Shown here: in pieces, positions 52,990 to 64,000 of the stretch
Position numbering within the stretch: the first letter of the stretch is position 1
Layout: every line of letters begins with the position of its first letter
Assembly: GCF_001194135.2 (NCBI RefSeq)
Contig: NC_068988.1
Span: forward strand, 61,861,838 to 61,925,837
Direction: 5' to 3'
Source: Octopus bimaculoides
Taxonomy: Eukaryota
DNA length: 64,000 bases
Program-made: the position numbers and the translations under genes
The notes under the pieces: generated by a model
What the model was told of the DNA's origin: nothing
The model's input: only the letters and a program-made list of their open reading frames with translations
The model's database searches: none

Positions 52990-53035
52990 TATTATGATCG
53001 CTTTCGACATTGGCAATGCCTCATCAGTATTCGGT
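52990..53035 (-). ncRNA. minimal hammerhead ribozyme motif at the 3' end of a probable PLE fragment
   Basis: Minus strand CTGATGA-GGCATT gcc AATGTC-GAAA-GCGATC; 6-bp stem II with one G-U pair. Upstream frame QKPLNSGSK* resembles a GIY-YIG C-terminus. Confidence 0.6.
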
Positions 53036-53503
53036 TGTTGAAACCACAGAATTACTTGCTCCCCGAATTCAATGGTTTTTGCATTGAATGTTTAAATGTA
53101 CCTGTAGATTTATTCACATGTAGAATGCATCGCAACACTACCTTTGAAATGATGCGTATAATTCGAATGTTGGACATCAGCAGAGATTACATGGGAACAA
53201 CTTCACTTACAATGTGTGGATCAATATAAAGATATAGGATTAGCACTTGTCCAAAAGGCAAGCGAAGGGGATGAAGCTAGAATTCATTACTCCGAACTGC
53301 GAAGCGAAAATTTGTTTTACCATTTGTTTATATATTTCTGTGCATGCGTGAGTGCGTGCGTATATAAGTGGATATTTTTTATTGATATTTAACAGAAGTA
53401 ACAGTGACTGAAGGGTCGAGAATTTCGTCCGTAAACACTTAGCTTGTTAAGTTCTAACAACAACACTCGCAGTCCTCGAGTCAGTCTGTTACGTTTGCTA
53501 CCA

Positions 53504-53569
<66 letters not shown>

Positions 53570-56169
53570 ATGTTTATTTATCTATCTATCTATTTGTGTG
53601 TACGTGTGTAATCATTTTCTTACTTCTATTTTTCTTCCATACGTCCTCAAACCACAACTTGTACAATCAATAAAACCAAAGGAAAATAAATCATCGGAAA
53701 TAAAAATAAACATAACATGAAATATAGAAAAGTAAGGGAATGGACAGAGGAAAATATAAGTAAAATAAGAAGGATATCTTGTTACCGTTGAATAAATGGA
53801 GAGAAATTTACTCTACCAGCCTATTTAAAGAATAATATATTAACGTTACGATTGTCGCTGTACAAATTATACCTAGTCCTATAATTTAGCACTGTATGTA
53901 GTCTCAGTCTTACTGTTAATATTATTATTATATATATATATATATATATNNNNNNNNNNNNNNNNNNNNNNNNNNNNNNNNNNNNNNNNNNNNNNNNNNN
54001 NNNNNNNNNNNNNNNNNNNNNNNNNNNNNNNNNNNNNNNNNNNNNNNNNNNNNNNNNNNNNNNNNNNNNNNNNNNNNNNNNNNNNNNNNNNNNNNNNNNN
54101 NNNNNNNNNNNNNNNNNNNNNNNNNNNNNNNNNNNNNNNNNNNNNNNNNNNNNNNNNNNNNNNNNNNNNNNNNNNNNNNNNNNNNNNNNNNNNNNNNNNN
54201 NNNNNNNNNNNNNNNNNNNNNNNNNNNNNNNNNNNNNNNNNNNNNNNNNNNNNNNNNNNNNNNNNNNNNNNNNNNNNNNNNNNNNNNNNNNNNNNNNNNN
54301 NNNNNNNNNNNNNNNNNNNNNNNNNNNNNNNNNNNNNNNNNNNNNNNNNNNNNNNNNNNNNNNNNNNNNNNNNNNNNNNNNNNNNNNNNNNNNNNNNNNN
54401 NNNNNNNNNNNNNNNNNNNNNNNNNNNNNNNNNNNNNNNNNNNNNNNNNNNNNNNNNNNNNNNNNNNNNNNNNNNNNNNNNNNNNNNNNNNNNNNNNNNN
54501 NNNNNNNNNNNNNNNNNNCAGTTTTTCAACTCCTCCGTATAGAAGCCAATTCCCACAGGGGGCCCCCAACAATTTTTCTTCACCTCATTTCTCTTTTGTC
54601 TTTAATGATGAAGAACTATGTCCGACACATCAGGCCCTTTTTCTCTTTTTTTTCAAGCGTGAAACTTGTTCCACATTTTTCAAAACTTACCCCTTGTGTG
54701 TTTCTTTAGTTTGTGAACATGTGTGTTCACACACATGAGAGCCCGCATATGCGTAAACACACACAGACACAGACACACAGACACACACACACAGACACAC
54801 ACACACACACACACACACACGCCCACGCATACACGTGCACATAATGCCAGAGAAATATAGAGAGAAATGCTGGCTTTAAATGAAAACCGTTTGTAGATAG
54901 AATAAAAATAGAACGATTGTCTTCTAGTTGCAGAATGGAGATTTTGAAAGAATGGTGTTAGATTTGTCATGGGACAACTCTTATTTGTATGTTTGCAGAA
55001 GTTAGGCGCGTTTATGTGACTTTTGCATGTGTGTGTGTGTGTGTGTGTGTGTGGTTGAGTTGAGAGATATAAATAGATAGACTGATAGCTATTGAGGCAT
55101 ATTTACATGTAAAGAAATCAAGAGCTAAGAGAATGAGAAAGATATGTGAGAATGAAAGACACAAAGATACTCGAATACGAAAAATGTGTAGAGAAAAGGA
55201 AGACATGTGATATATATAGACATGAACAAATTGAGAGAGAAAGAGAGGCAACGGAGGAGGGAAAGAAAATAGTCTGTAATATGGTTCCCAGGTAGAAAAC
55301 AGACAGCTAAATAGTGTAGTAGAATACATAACTGAGAGAGAGAGAGGGAGAGACAGAGAGAGTGGTAGAGTGAGGTAGAGAAAGAGAGAGAAAGAGAGAG
55401 AGAGAAAGAGAGAGAGATAGAGAGAGAGAGATAGATAGAGAGAGNNNNNNNNNNNNNNNNNNNNNNNNNNNNNNNNNNNNNNNNNNNNNNNNNNNNNNNN
55501 NNNNNNNNNNNNNNNNNNNNNNNNNNNNNNNNNNNNNNNNNNNNNNNNNNNNNNNNNNNNNNNNNNNNNNNNNNNNNNNNNNNNNNNNNNNNNNNNNNNN
55601 NNNNNNNNNNNNNNNNNNNNNNNNNNNNNNNNNNNNNNNNNNNNNNNNNNNNNNNNNNNNNNNNNNNNNNNNNNNNNNNNNNNNNNNNNNNNNNNNNNNN
55701 NNNNNNNNNNNNNNNNNNNNNNNNNNNNNNNNNNNNNNNNNNNNNNNNNNNNNNNNNNNNNNNNNNNNNNNNNNNNNNNNNNNNNNNNNNNNNNNNNNNN
55801 NNNNNNNNNNNNNNNNNNNNNNNNNNNNNNNNNNNNNNNNNNNNNNNNNNNNNNNNNNNNNNNNNNNNNNNNNNNNNNNNNNNNNNNNNNNNNNNNNNNN
55901 NNNNNNNNNNNNNNNNNNNNNNNNNNNNNNNNNNNNNNNNNNNNNNNNNNNNNNNNNNNNNNNNNNNNNNNNNNNNNNNNNNNNNNNNNNNNNNNNNNNN
56001 NNNNNNNNNNNNNNNNNNNNNNNNNNNNNNNNNNNNNNNNNNNNNNNNNNNNNNNNNNNNNNNNNNNNNNNNNNNNNNNNNNNNNNNNNNNNNNNNNNNN
56101 NNNNNNNNNNNNNNNNNNNNNNNNNNNNNNNNNNNNNNNNNNNNNNNNNNNNNNNNNNNNNNNNNNNNN

Positions 56170-56214
<45 letters not shown>

Positions 56215-57449
56215 ATATATATACATCCATAAATGTCTCTTCGACACTCTCTTCCGTCTCCTTTCTACTACCACGAGCTGTACTCTTTTCTCTCGTTATT
56301 TAAAATAGCTCTTTATTTCACACACACTCATATTTTCTTTTCACACCTCCGTTATTTTCATCACTGGTGATGATTTTTAACAATAGTGTTCTATAGTTGC
56401 TTTTCGTTTTTGTTCTTTTCTTTAGAAAAAGCAAAATACTTATTTATTTAGCTGTTGCGATGGTTGTTTTAAACACCAGCTATTCCCATGTTTCTTTGCC
56501 ATATTGTTTTGTGAATTTTCCTCCTATTCTAATACTAATGTTTCCTAAACGCTACATCTTCATCGCATTTTGCGTCTTAATCGCCGTCTTTGTTTTTGAT
56601 TCTTTCGTTTTGTGTTAGCGTTTTTGCTGCAGCTGCTCTAGCTGCTGTGATTTCGTTGTTGCTATTGTTGCACACGTTGTGGTGTGGGTCTAAATTCTCA
56701 TAGGATGGAAGACATTTTGAACAGATTTTTTTCATATGATTTATATTTTTGGTTTGTTTTCAAATTCCCGGCGGATAAGAACAAATTTTCACATATTTCA
56801 CTGATATTCCAATGGCTATATAGAAACGCATCTTCATCACCATCGCCATCACGATCAATCATTGTCAGCATTATCTTTTTATCATCAACATCATCATCAT
56901 GAATGCAGTCATCAGCATGATCCTCAACACCACCATTGTTTTCACGCTCTCACCGATAGCCGGCAATACCACCAGCGCCATTAACTTCATCATCAGTATC
57001 ACCATAAACTTCAACACCATCATTATCATTATCAGCATTAAAAGAGCAGACTCACAACTACCACCACTATCGCAAATGTCATTATCAACACCATTATCAT
57101 GATTATTATCATTATCGTAGTCAAAGCCATCATTAATATTATCGCTGATATTTTTTTTTATTTACCAACCGTATTTCCCCAATAATATTGGGACCAGCTC
57201 CGTTAAAATATGCAGCGAGAAATATTAGACAATATCACTCTAGAGAAGGCAGACCTGTCAGAAAATCCATTCTTTCTGCTTTCCAATAACTATTTGTCTT
57301 CACCGATTTACAAAACACCTCTCCTTTATAGATATCGTGATAGTACAATGAAAAGGCTCCTTATGCAGTATAAAACCAAATACCTTAGTCATAACTATCA
57401 GTCCTTCTGTTCTCTTTTTCTCCTCTCTCCAAGAAACGCTGCATTTCAC

Positions 57450-58100
57450 TAGCTCCCTTGTCACAAACCAGATTTAATATTTCAAATCCATTCTAAACTT
57501 CGTTCTGTTAATAGCTAAACAATTGTCTTATTGTGGAGAAATGATAATTTAACTGCAAAATACACAAAGGTATATCCTTATATTACTTTTACTGAGTCTA
57601 TACAAATGAAATCTCGTTATTGAGATAGTCGTAGCTTTCATATATTTCTATAGTCCATTATGTCGCAGATATCTACCAAAGATATTAAAATTTCAATGTA
57701 ATTGTCTTCTTTTCTACAGCAATAGATGTTGAAGTCTCAAATAATATTTAATGATTTCGATTTCAAAATACTTTTTAGAAATTTACTTATATAGATAATA
57801 CTTAAATATCAACGAAATGCATTGCATATTGAATAGCGTCCCTTTAACAACTAGCATCACTAAAAGATTTATTCATTCTCCTTCTATAAATTAGTACTAA
57901 CCAGACACTATTTTCATCCAACTGACAATAAGCTCCTCCCAAAATGTGTGAGCCTCTTAGATATTATGTTGCATGGACCATGTTTCAGCTATAATTCATT
58001 CTAATCAATGAAGACAAACGGTAGAAGGTATTACAATGTCTTATGGCTTAGAAATATTGGTTCTGGATCTATTCGCATACAAAATTTCTCATCATTCGAT
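57450..58100 (-). mobile_element. possible decayed CR1/L2 RT
   Basis: VFID*..NMVH..SWMK resembles .F.DF.KAFD.V.H....WI; many stops. Confidence 0.3.
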
Positions 58101-58608
58101 AGATACGTATCGTTTTCGATTGTTATATTTGATATAAATAGCATGAACTCTATAAACCCTCCCATGTACATTCAATGAAATAATAGGCTGCATAGATGCT
58201 TTTTTTTAAAAAATGAAATAAGTGTAGAACTTTAATAAATGAAACGATAACAATACATAAACCATGAATAATAATGCATGAACACAAAAAATAAAATGAT
58301 GCCATTAATAAACGTATCAATACTATACCAGTACATAAAACATTTCCAACAATCTAAGAAAATAGACCTCGAGCTCAATTATGCAAAACCATCTACGGTA
58401 TGAATTAAACACTGTGACGCTCCTTAAAAACCATATATATAGCGAGGAAATACATTATATAGCAGCCAATCCCTAACACATAAAATATGGTGCAATTAAT
58501 AAGAAAACATAACAATTTTATTTCAATGAATAAATGCAACATCCACTCCTATACGCTACAGGTAAAATACAAGCACGTTCTTACAATTACCAATGAAACA
58601 ACAGAGAT

Positions 58609-59196
58609 AAGAACACTCAGAGAACGCAAACTTCCGCCAAAGCAACACCGACTTCTTCTCAACAATTAACCGGAGATGATTTTTAAATTAGAGAATAAAT
58701 GAAATAAACTCGACTGTTCTCACAAACGATAATACTAAAAATGAACCCGACCGCTCTCAAAAAAAAAAAAATATGTAGAAAAAAAAAAGGTAAAATAATC
58801 CAGAACCCTTGTCCGGTACATGATCAATTCCAATAGTAGTCATGAAATGTGAAGGTAGGACCTGCGGGTCATGTTTGTAATACTTGCGTGTGTTTGTCGT
58901 CTGCAGTGGGGACAGGGACAGTTTTCTCTATGGAGAACTTTCTTAAGTCTCCACTGATATAGAGTCTTTACGACCATTAAGGTCTATAGTGAAAAATTCA
59001 TCTGTTCATGAAGGAAAGCGGAGAGCACCAGGGTACGGTGCTGTTAACCTAATCAGTTCGTGCCTGTCACGAGACCAAAGATCCCTGAAAGTTTCATCGG
59101 AAATCGTCCTGAGGTTCTTGAGATATCTTGTCCACGGATAAACAAACAAACAAATAAGACTGAAAACAATACCGCTGCCTTCGCTAAAGCGGAGTT
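58609..59196. mobile_element. second HINE-like element with an ~215-bp insert
   Basis: Collinear with 26579-26937 apart from ~58833-59048; terminal hairpin accgctgcctt-cgct-aaagcggagt. Confidence 0.6.
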
Positions 59197-59264
59197 ATTA
59201 AAGAGTGTATTGAAAAGCGCTTAAAAGCAATTGGTGGCAAAAATTTTAATTAAAAACATTAACA

Positions 59265-59605
59265 AGACATGATATTAATAATATTGGTTCTAAACTTTGG
59301 CACAAGTGCTCAACTGGCGCTTATTTTATCGGTATCGAAAGGATAGCAAGCAAAGTCGACCTCGGCAGAATTTGAGCGCAACATAGACGACAGGCCCCTA
59401 GGCATTTTACCCGGTCTTCAAACGATTCTATCAGCTCGCCGCCTGACTTAGAATAATCCTTTCTACTAAAGGCACAAGGTTTGAAATTTTGAGGGACTAG
59501 TCAATCACATCGCCCTCGGTGTTTCACTGCTACTTAATTTATCGACGCCGAAAGGATGAAAGTCAGCGTCAACGTCGGCGGAATTTGAACACAGAACGTA
59601 AGTAT
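59265..59605 (-). mobile_element. two tandem Nin/Deu-like SINEs
   Basis: gcaaagtcgacctcggcagaatttgagc..cagctcgccgcc, followed by a second partial copy. Confidence 0.85.
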
Positions 59606-60715
59606 AATACGTGAGTAGTTTCAAGAAGGAAACGATATCATGGTGACAAGTAACTCATTGAAATATATAAGCACACTTACGAGATTTTTATCATTTCAGA
59701 GAATACCAATGGATTTATAACAACATCAATTTTAAACACATAGATTAGAAATAACACTGAGCACCTAAATCCAAATACATTAAGACATATAATCCAGAAT
59801 ATTATGTTGGCAGAATAGTTTAAGAAAATCATGAACGAAACGAGCAAGAGAAAGAGAGAGGGAGAGATAAAATCCGATGTAAATAGACAGAAGGAAAGAG
59901 AAAGATAGTGAAAGAAATTACTGTAGCATCAGCATCATTGACAAACTTAACTATCACTATGTTTAGCAACCGGAAGGATTATGAAATTAATTAAGTCCAA
60001 AATTACTGGTTAATGAGGCAAAACAGTTAATCAATAAACATTGCACAGCAGGTATGGTAATCAAGAATTAATACAGAGACCAGAGAGACCAGAATTTCCC
60101 CTTGACAAGCTACCCGAGCAGAAAATATCTGATCTCTTCAACTGAAGGGTAACTGTTCCGATAAAACTACTGATCGAAAAAGTGTGTTCCAAACATACAT
60201 TGAAATTGTATTTCTAAAATGACAGCTATGAAACGAGGAATATAACAAATATGTTCCAAGAGGACCTGAACTACTGAGAAAAAGAGAAACAAACCTGTAA
60301 TAAAGTTATGTCTTGGTTGTCAAAAGGAGTTAAAATCTATTGATAGTATACAGGACTCATTAAAATAGTATTTCAACTATGTTCAAATGTTAAGAGAAAA
60401 TGGGAGGCATTTTGAAATGGAGCCTAATACAATATGACAATGCACGATGAAAACGAAATATATCATATCAACTATCTTCCTGTGCAGCTTCCGATCGAAA
60501 TTGTAATGTTTTCCCTTCATCTAAATTTCTTTCAAACGTCTTCTCCGTTTGGCTGATAGATATGAAATTATATGAAACATCATATTTTGATAGTGGACCA
60601 CCATAAAGAGGAAACTGGATTCAGTGGTGAATTTAAACACAAAATGCATAAAATTAAATCATTGGTTGACAGACATTTTTGCTTCATTGTGCAATTGACA
60701 TAATTTAGAATTAGA

Positions 60716-60925
60716 TGGCGGTGGTGAGCTGGCAGATTGGTTAACACTTCGGGTAAAATGAATAGCAGTATTTCTTCCGACTTTTTACCTTCTCAGTTCG
60801 AATACCATCGATGTCATATTTGTCTTTCATCCTTTAGCGCTCAATGAAATAAATACCATTTGAGCACTGGCATCGATGTAACCGACTACACCTCCTCCAG
60901 CAAAATTTCAGGTGTAGGCTTAGGG
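60716..60925 (+). mobile_element. Nin/Deu-like SINE
   Basis: ggcggtggtgagctggcag A-box, cagttcgaatacc B-box, tttgtctttcatccttt domain. Confidence 0.8.
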
Positions 60926-60944
60926 TTGCTCAAAGGGGAAAGAA

Positions 60945-61215
60945 TTTCCTCTACTCAGATCTATCTGAATCTGAGGTATCATAAGGCCGGACTTTCATTC
61001 GGTTTCCGTGGAGTACCACTGAAGTGTAAACTAATCGCACTGACCAGGATGCCAGTGCACCACAGGGTGTCTCTCCCGCTATTACTGGAGCACGTTTGTA
61101 TCAGAACGGAATGGCGCAACGTGAAATGAAATGTTTTACAAAACAACACAACGCACTGTCCTATCCAAGAATCGAAAGGACAAACTTACGATTCTAAGTA
61201 CAACAGCCTCACCAC
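60945..61215 (-). mobile_element. degenerate Meta-like SINE
   Basis: aacgtgaaatgaaatgttttacaaaacaacacaacgc..aagaatcgaa resembles the reverse of the 21323/39285 domain and B-box. Confidence 0.55.
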
Positions 61216-61224
61216 TCTATATCA

Positions 61225-61990
61225 ACATAGAAAGTTAAAAATTACTGGTATGCGTCGCTTGGAAAGTTAAAATTTACTCATGCACATTGGATGGATTCTA
61301 CAATATTGGTAGATTTAATACGGAAAGTTAAAATCCAGTGATATTCCTTTAATGTAAATTTGAATATTATTCACACAATTTGCATCTTAAATTAAATATT
61401 ACTGAGGCACATGCCTTCCAAACTAATATAAAAAAACAAATTCCTGGCACAATTGACGTATAAATTTAAAAATTGACATAATTTGCATAGTAAATTTAAA
61501 ATTACTGAGGCATACAGTATAGAATTTATAATCCACTGCTGCTCTTTGAATAGAAAGTTGAAAATTATAGGAACATTTCTCTTGAAAATAGTTAAAAATG
61601 CTTTATAAAATGTTACGTTCTAGAGCTGCGACCCTTTAAAAATGCTGTTACACTTCATATGGAATAATAAAAGTAATGAAAATAATGAAAACCTTCCTAT
61701 TGAATTTTTTAAACATTCGGTATAGAAAGTGAAATGTAGCCGGCGTACTGCGCATGAAAAGTGAAATACTGCTGACGCATTTTGCATGGAAATAGACTAG
61801 CCCACTTTCAATGGCAAATTAAATATTACGGTTGCATTTAACATGATAAGTTAAAAATTACCGACACGCTTAGCATAGAAACTTACAAAATAGAAGTATT
61901 GTTTTCGTAGGAAGTTAAAAATTAATGACATATTTAATTAATCGTCATTTTGCATAGAAAGTTAAAAGTTGATGAAATACTTCGTTTGGG
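61225..61990. repeat. old degenerate ~32-bp minisatellite (core catagaaagttaaaaattact), ~20 units
   Basis: The core recurs every 31-33 bp, with an interruption at ~61600-61715. Confidence 0.8.
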
Positions 61991-62114
61991 AATTGTCAAG
62001 CATGAAAGGTCTGGAAGTTGTAAAACACGAAACGTTAGAAAGATACATTAGAATTATAAATGTATTGAGAATATGATAAAATAAACTATTTCTTAACTTG
62101 TGTTATTAATCATA

Positions 62115-62242
62115 GATGAGCAGGATTTTACCCGGCGTGCTAACGATTCTGCCAGCTCGCCGTCATAATACAAATAATCCTTTCTACTAAAAGCACAAGG
62201 TCTGAAATTTTGAAAGAGAGGACTAATCTATTCATCGACCTC
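62115..62242 (-). mobile_element. junction of two Nin/Deu-like SINE fragments
   Basis: cccggcgtgctaacgattctgccagctcgccg, then tttctactaaaagcacaagg. Confidence 0.8.
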
Positions 62243-62432
62243 AGGAACAGGCCGTTTCAGTAACATGGAGTGTTCTTGAAGATACGCTGTATGATTATGC
62301 GTTGCACAGGAAGATCTTCCCGAACGTAATTTCTCCGTAACCCTAAGATATTTTTTTTTATAACAGCACGAAAAAATACTCCTTCTACTGCCCTAATTTG
62401 GTGCGATAGTCCGTTTCAAGACCCATTGTCTA

Positions 62433-62672
62433 TACATGGTTGGCCAAAAATCATCTGATAGTAAACCAAAACCATTTAATTCCAAGATTAAAACAAAAAT
62501 TATTTCATGAGATTTCGTTAATAAATAGACAAATGTTGAGAAAAGAAAACGGTTATTTTAACTCACAGCAATCTAGTTTTAAATATTCATAATTGGAATA
62601 AATAAATAAATCTGAATGTTAAGTATTTCTGGAATCTGGCTTTACTGTTGGGTGACGTATCACCAACCCTGT
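62433..62672. mobile_element. Tc1/mariner-type MITE
   Basis: Imperfect ~33-bp TIRs acatggttggccaaaaatcatctgatagtaaa / tttactgttgggtgacgtatcaccaaccctgt. Confidence 0.7.
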
Positions 62673-62679
62673 TCCATTA

Positions 62680-63670
62680 CATGTCGTGTGTTTTACAGAT
62701 TTCTATCCCTTGGAAAAGTATGTGTTGTCTGTCAGACAAAAACAGATTCTGAAAACCGGTAAATAGCATTAGTGCATTTAGGATCAAATTTTAGACATAT
62801 ATCAGAAATACAAAACTTGCAGTGTGCTTTCACTGGAGTTAGAGAAATAAATCAAAACTACTCCGAAAGATATTAATTACAGTTGAAAATATTTTAGATT
62901 TAAACAGCAAAATCAGTGAATCCGATAAGATCTAACATTGAAATTACTTACGAATATATGAATCTCCAGTATGACAGTATATAGAAAAGGAATTAGAACA
63001 TTATAAAATTGTTCTGAAGTTGTATCGGGAATAATATTAGAAAATGTATCATATGATGAAAATAAGAATATAAGTATAAATAGGTTAGCCATCTCAGATT
63101 CAATGTAATAAATTGAAAGTTAATACTAGAAATAAGATTATAGCGATAAATATACTAGACATCCTGGTCATAAAGTACATCTTCAATATAATAAATTGGA
63201 AGTTAATGAAGTGTAAAATAAAGGCCTGCTAGGAAAACTAGAAAACTAATATCTGTATTCTTAACACAAATACTGTATGGAATATATCATTATTACACAC
63301 AGGTAGGAGAAATGCATATACAGAGAAATATTTGAGAGTAACCTCATTGGATCAAGGAAAATACTTAGATGTTAGAAACGGTAGACTGATTGGAATAATT
63401 GCGTAACATGAAAGAAAACAGTTTTATCGATGTATATAAGCAGAGAATGAATTACAAACATGATACAATGTACACAACAGTAAAAGGAAGAAAAAAAACA
63501 TATTTAGATGAAGAAAAAATACACAACAGAATTACATACGGAAGAATAAAACGTAACATCAAAAGCGGGAGTAGAATTCTAGAATATTATAAAAAAGAAA
63601 TGGATAAATAACCAAATATCCATGGTTAGTTGTCTGCAAGAGTGGATAGAGACAAAGTGAAAGTTACCAA
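62680..63670 (+). mobile_element. decayed R4/Dong-like LINE RT and post-RT region
   Basis: KLKVNTRNKIIAINILDILVIKYIFNIINWK..RKTRKLI and KP.IHG match Dong-type LN..NKI.AIN..A.PV..YSF.II.W..LDRKTRKL and W..KPLHG. Confidence 0.7.
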
Positions 63671-64000
63671 TGAAAGGAAAAAAAAAACAGCTTGAAACGT
63701 TAAATCTGCTTTCAGACTCTCAAGTTGAATGCATTGCAGTAATTGGACTGCGGCCATACTGGAGCTCCATCATGAATGGTTTTCTTCGGAGAATTTTTTA
63801 TGTCTGGTAGTTTCTGCATTACGTTCATTTGTTTTTCTTCTATGTTATGGCGATGGAAACTAACATTCGTTTTCAAGTCGTATGTGTGTGTGTATGTGGC
63901 GGGAAAACACGGATTCAAAGAGACACATACACATAAACGACGAAACTCTTCACAGCTTCCTTTTTCTAAATCCATTCATATTGCATCAATTGATCGGTGC

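Noticed and set aside
57720-57751. Terminal-exon-like AIDVEVSNNI*
   Set aside because: It falls within a probable antisense LINE remnant.
48746-61990. CRISPR interpretation of the 32-bp arrays
   Set aside because: There are no unique spacers at 48746, the repeats at 61225 are too degenerate, no cas genes are present, and the context is eukaryotic.
62699-62758. Tidy 60-nt phase 1-1 exon (DFYPLEKYVLSVRQKQILKT)
   Set aside because: It lies at the position expected for the QGDSLSP region of the collinear decayed Dong-like RT, so the splice signals are probably coincidental.

Overview
AT-rich, microsatellite-saturated eukaryotic DNA with ten assembly gaps (~5.6 kb of N). The SINE families and repeat density look like an octopus (coleoid cephalopod) genome; this is my recognition, not a database result. 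No complete protein-coding gene, rRNA, true tRNA gene or CRISPR array is supported, and the long ORFs in the track are gap or microsatellite artefacts. The window is a mosaic of at least four tRNA-derived SINE families, decayed LINEs (RTE, CR1-like, R4/Dong, CRE), Penelope-like elements (PLEs), mariner/Tc1 derivatives and two Helentron/HINE-like elements, plus a few unconfirmed exon-like segments. The most interesting signal is PLE-related: two recognisable minimal hammerhead ribozyme cores (5750 +, 53027 -) and three structures with inverted terminal copies (18246-20343, 23331-23532, 30167-31099). One of the three is a tRNA-headed SINE that may be mobilised by PLE machinery.
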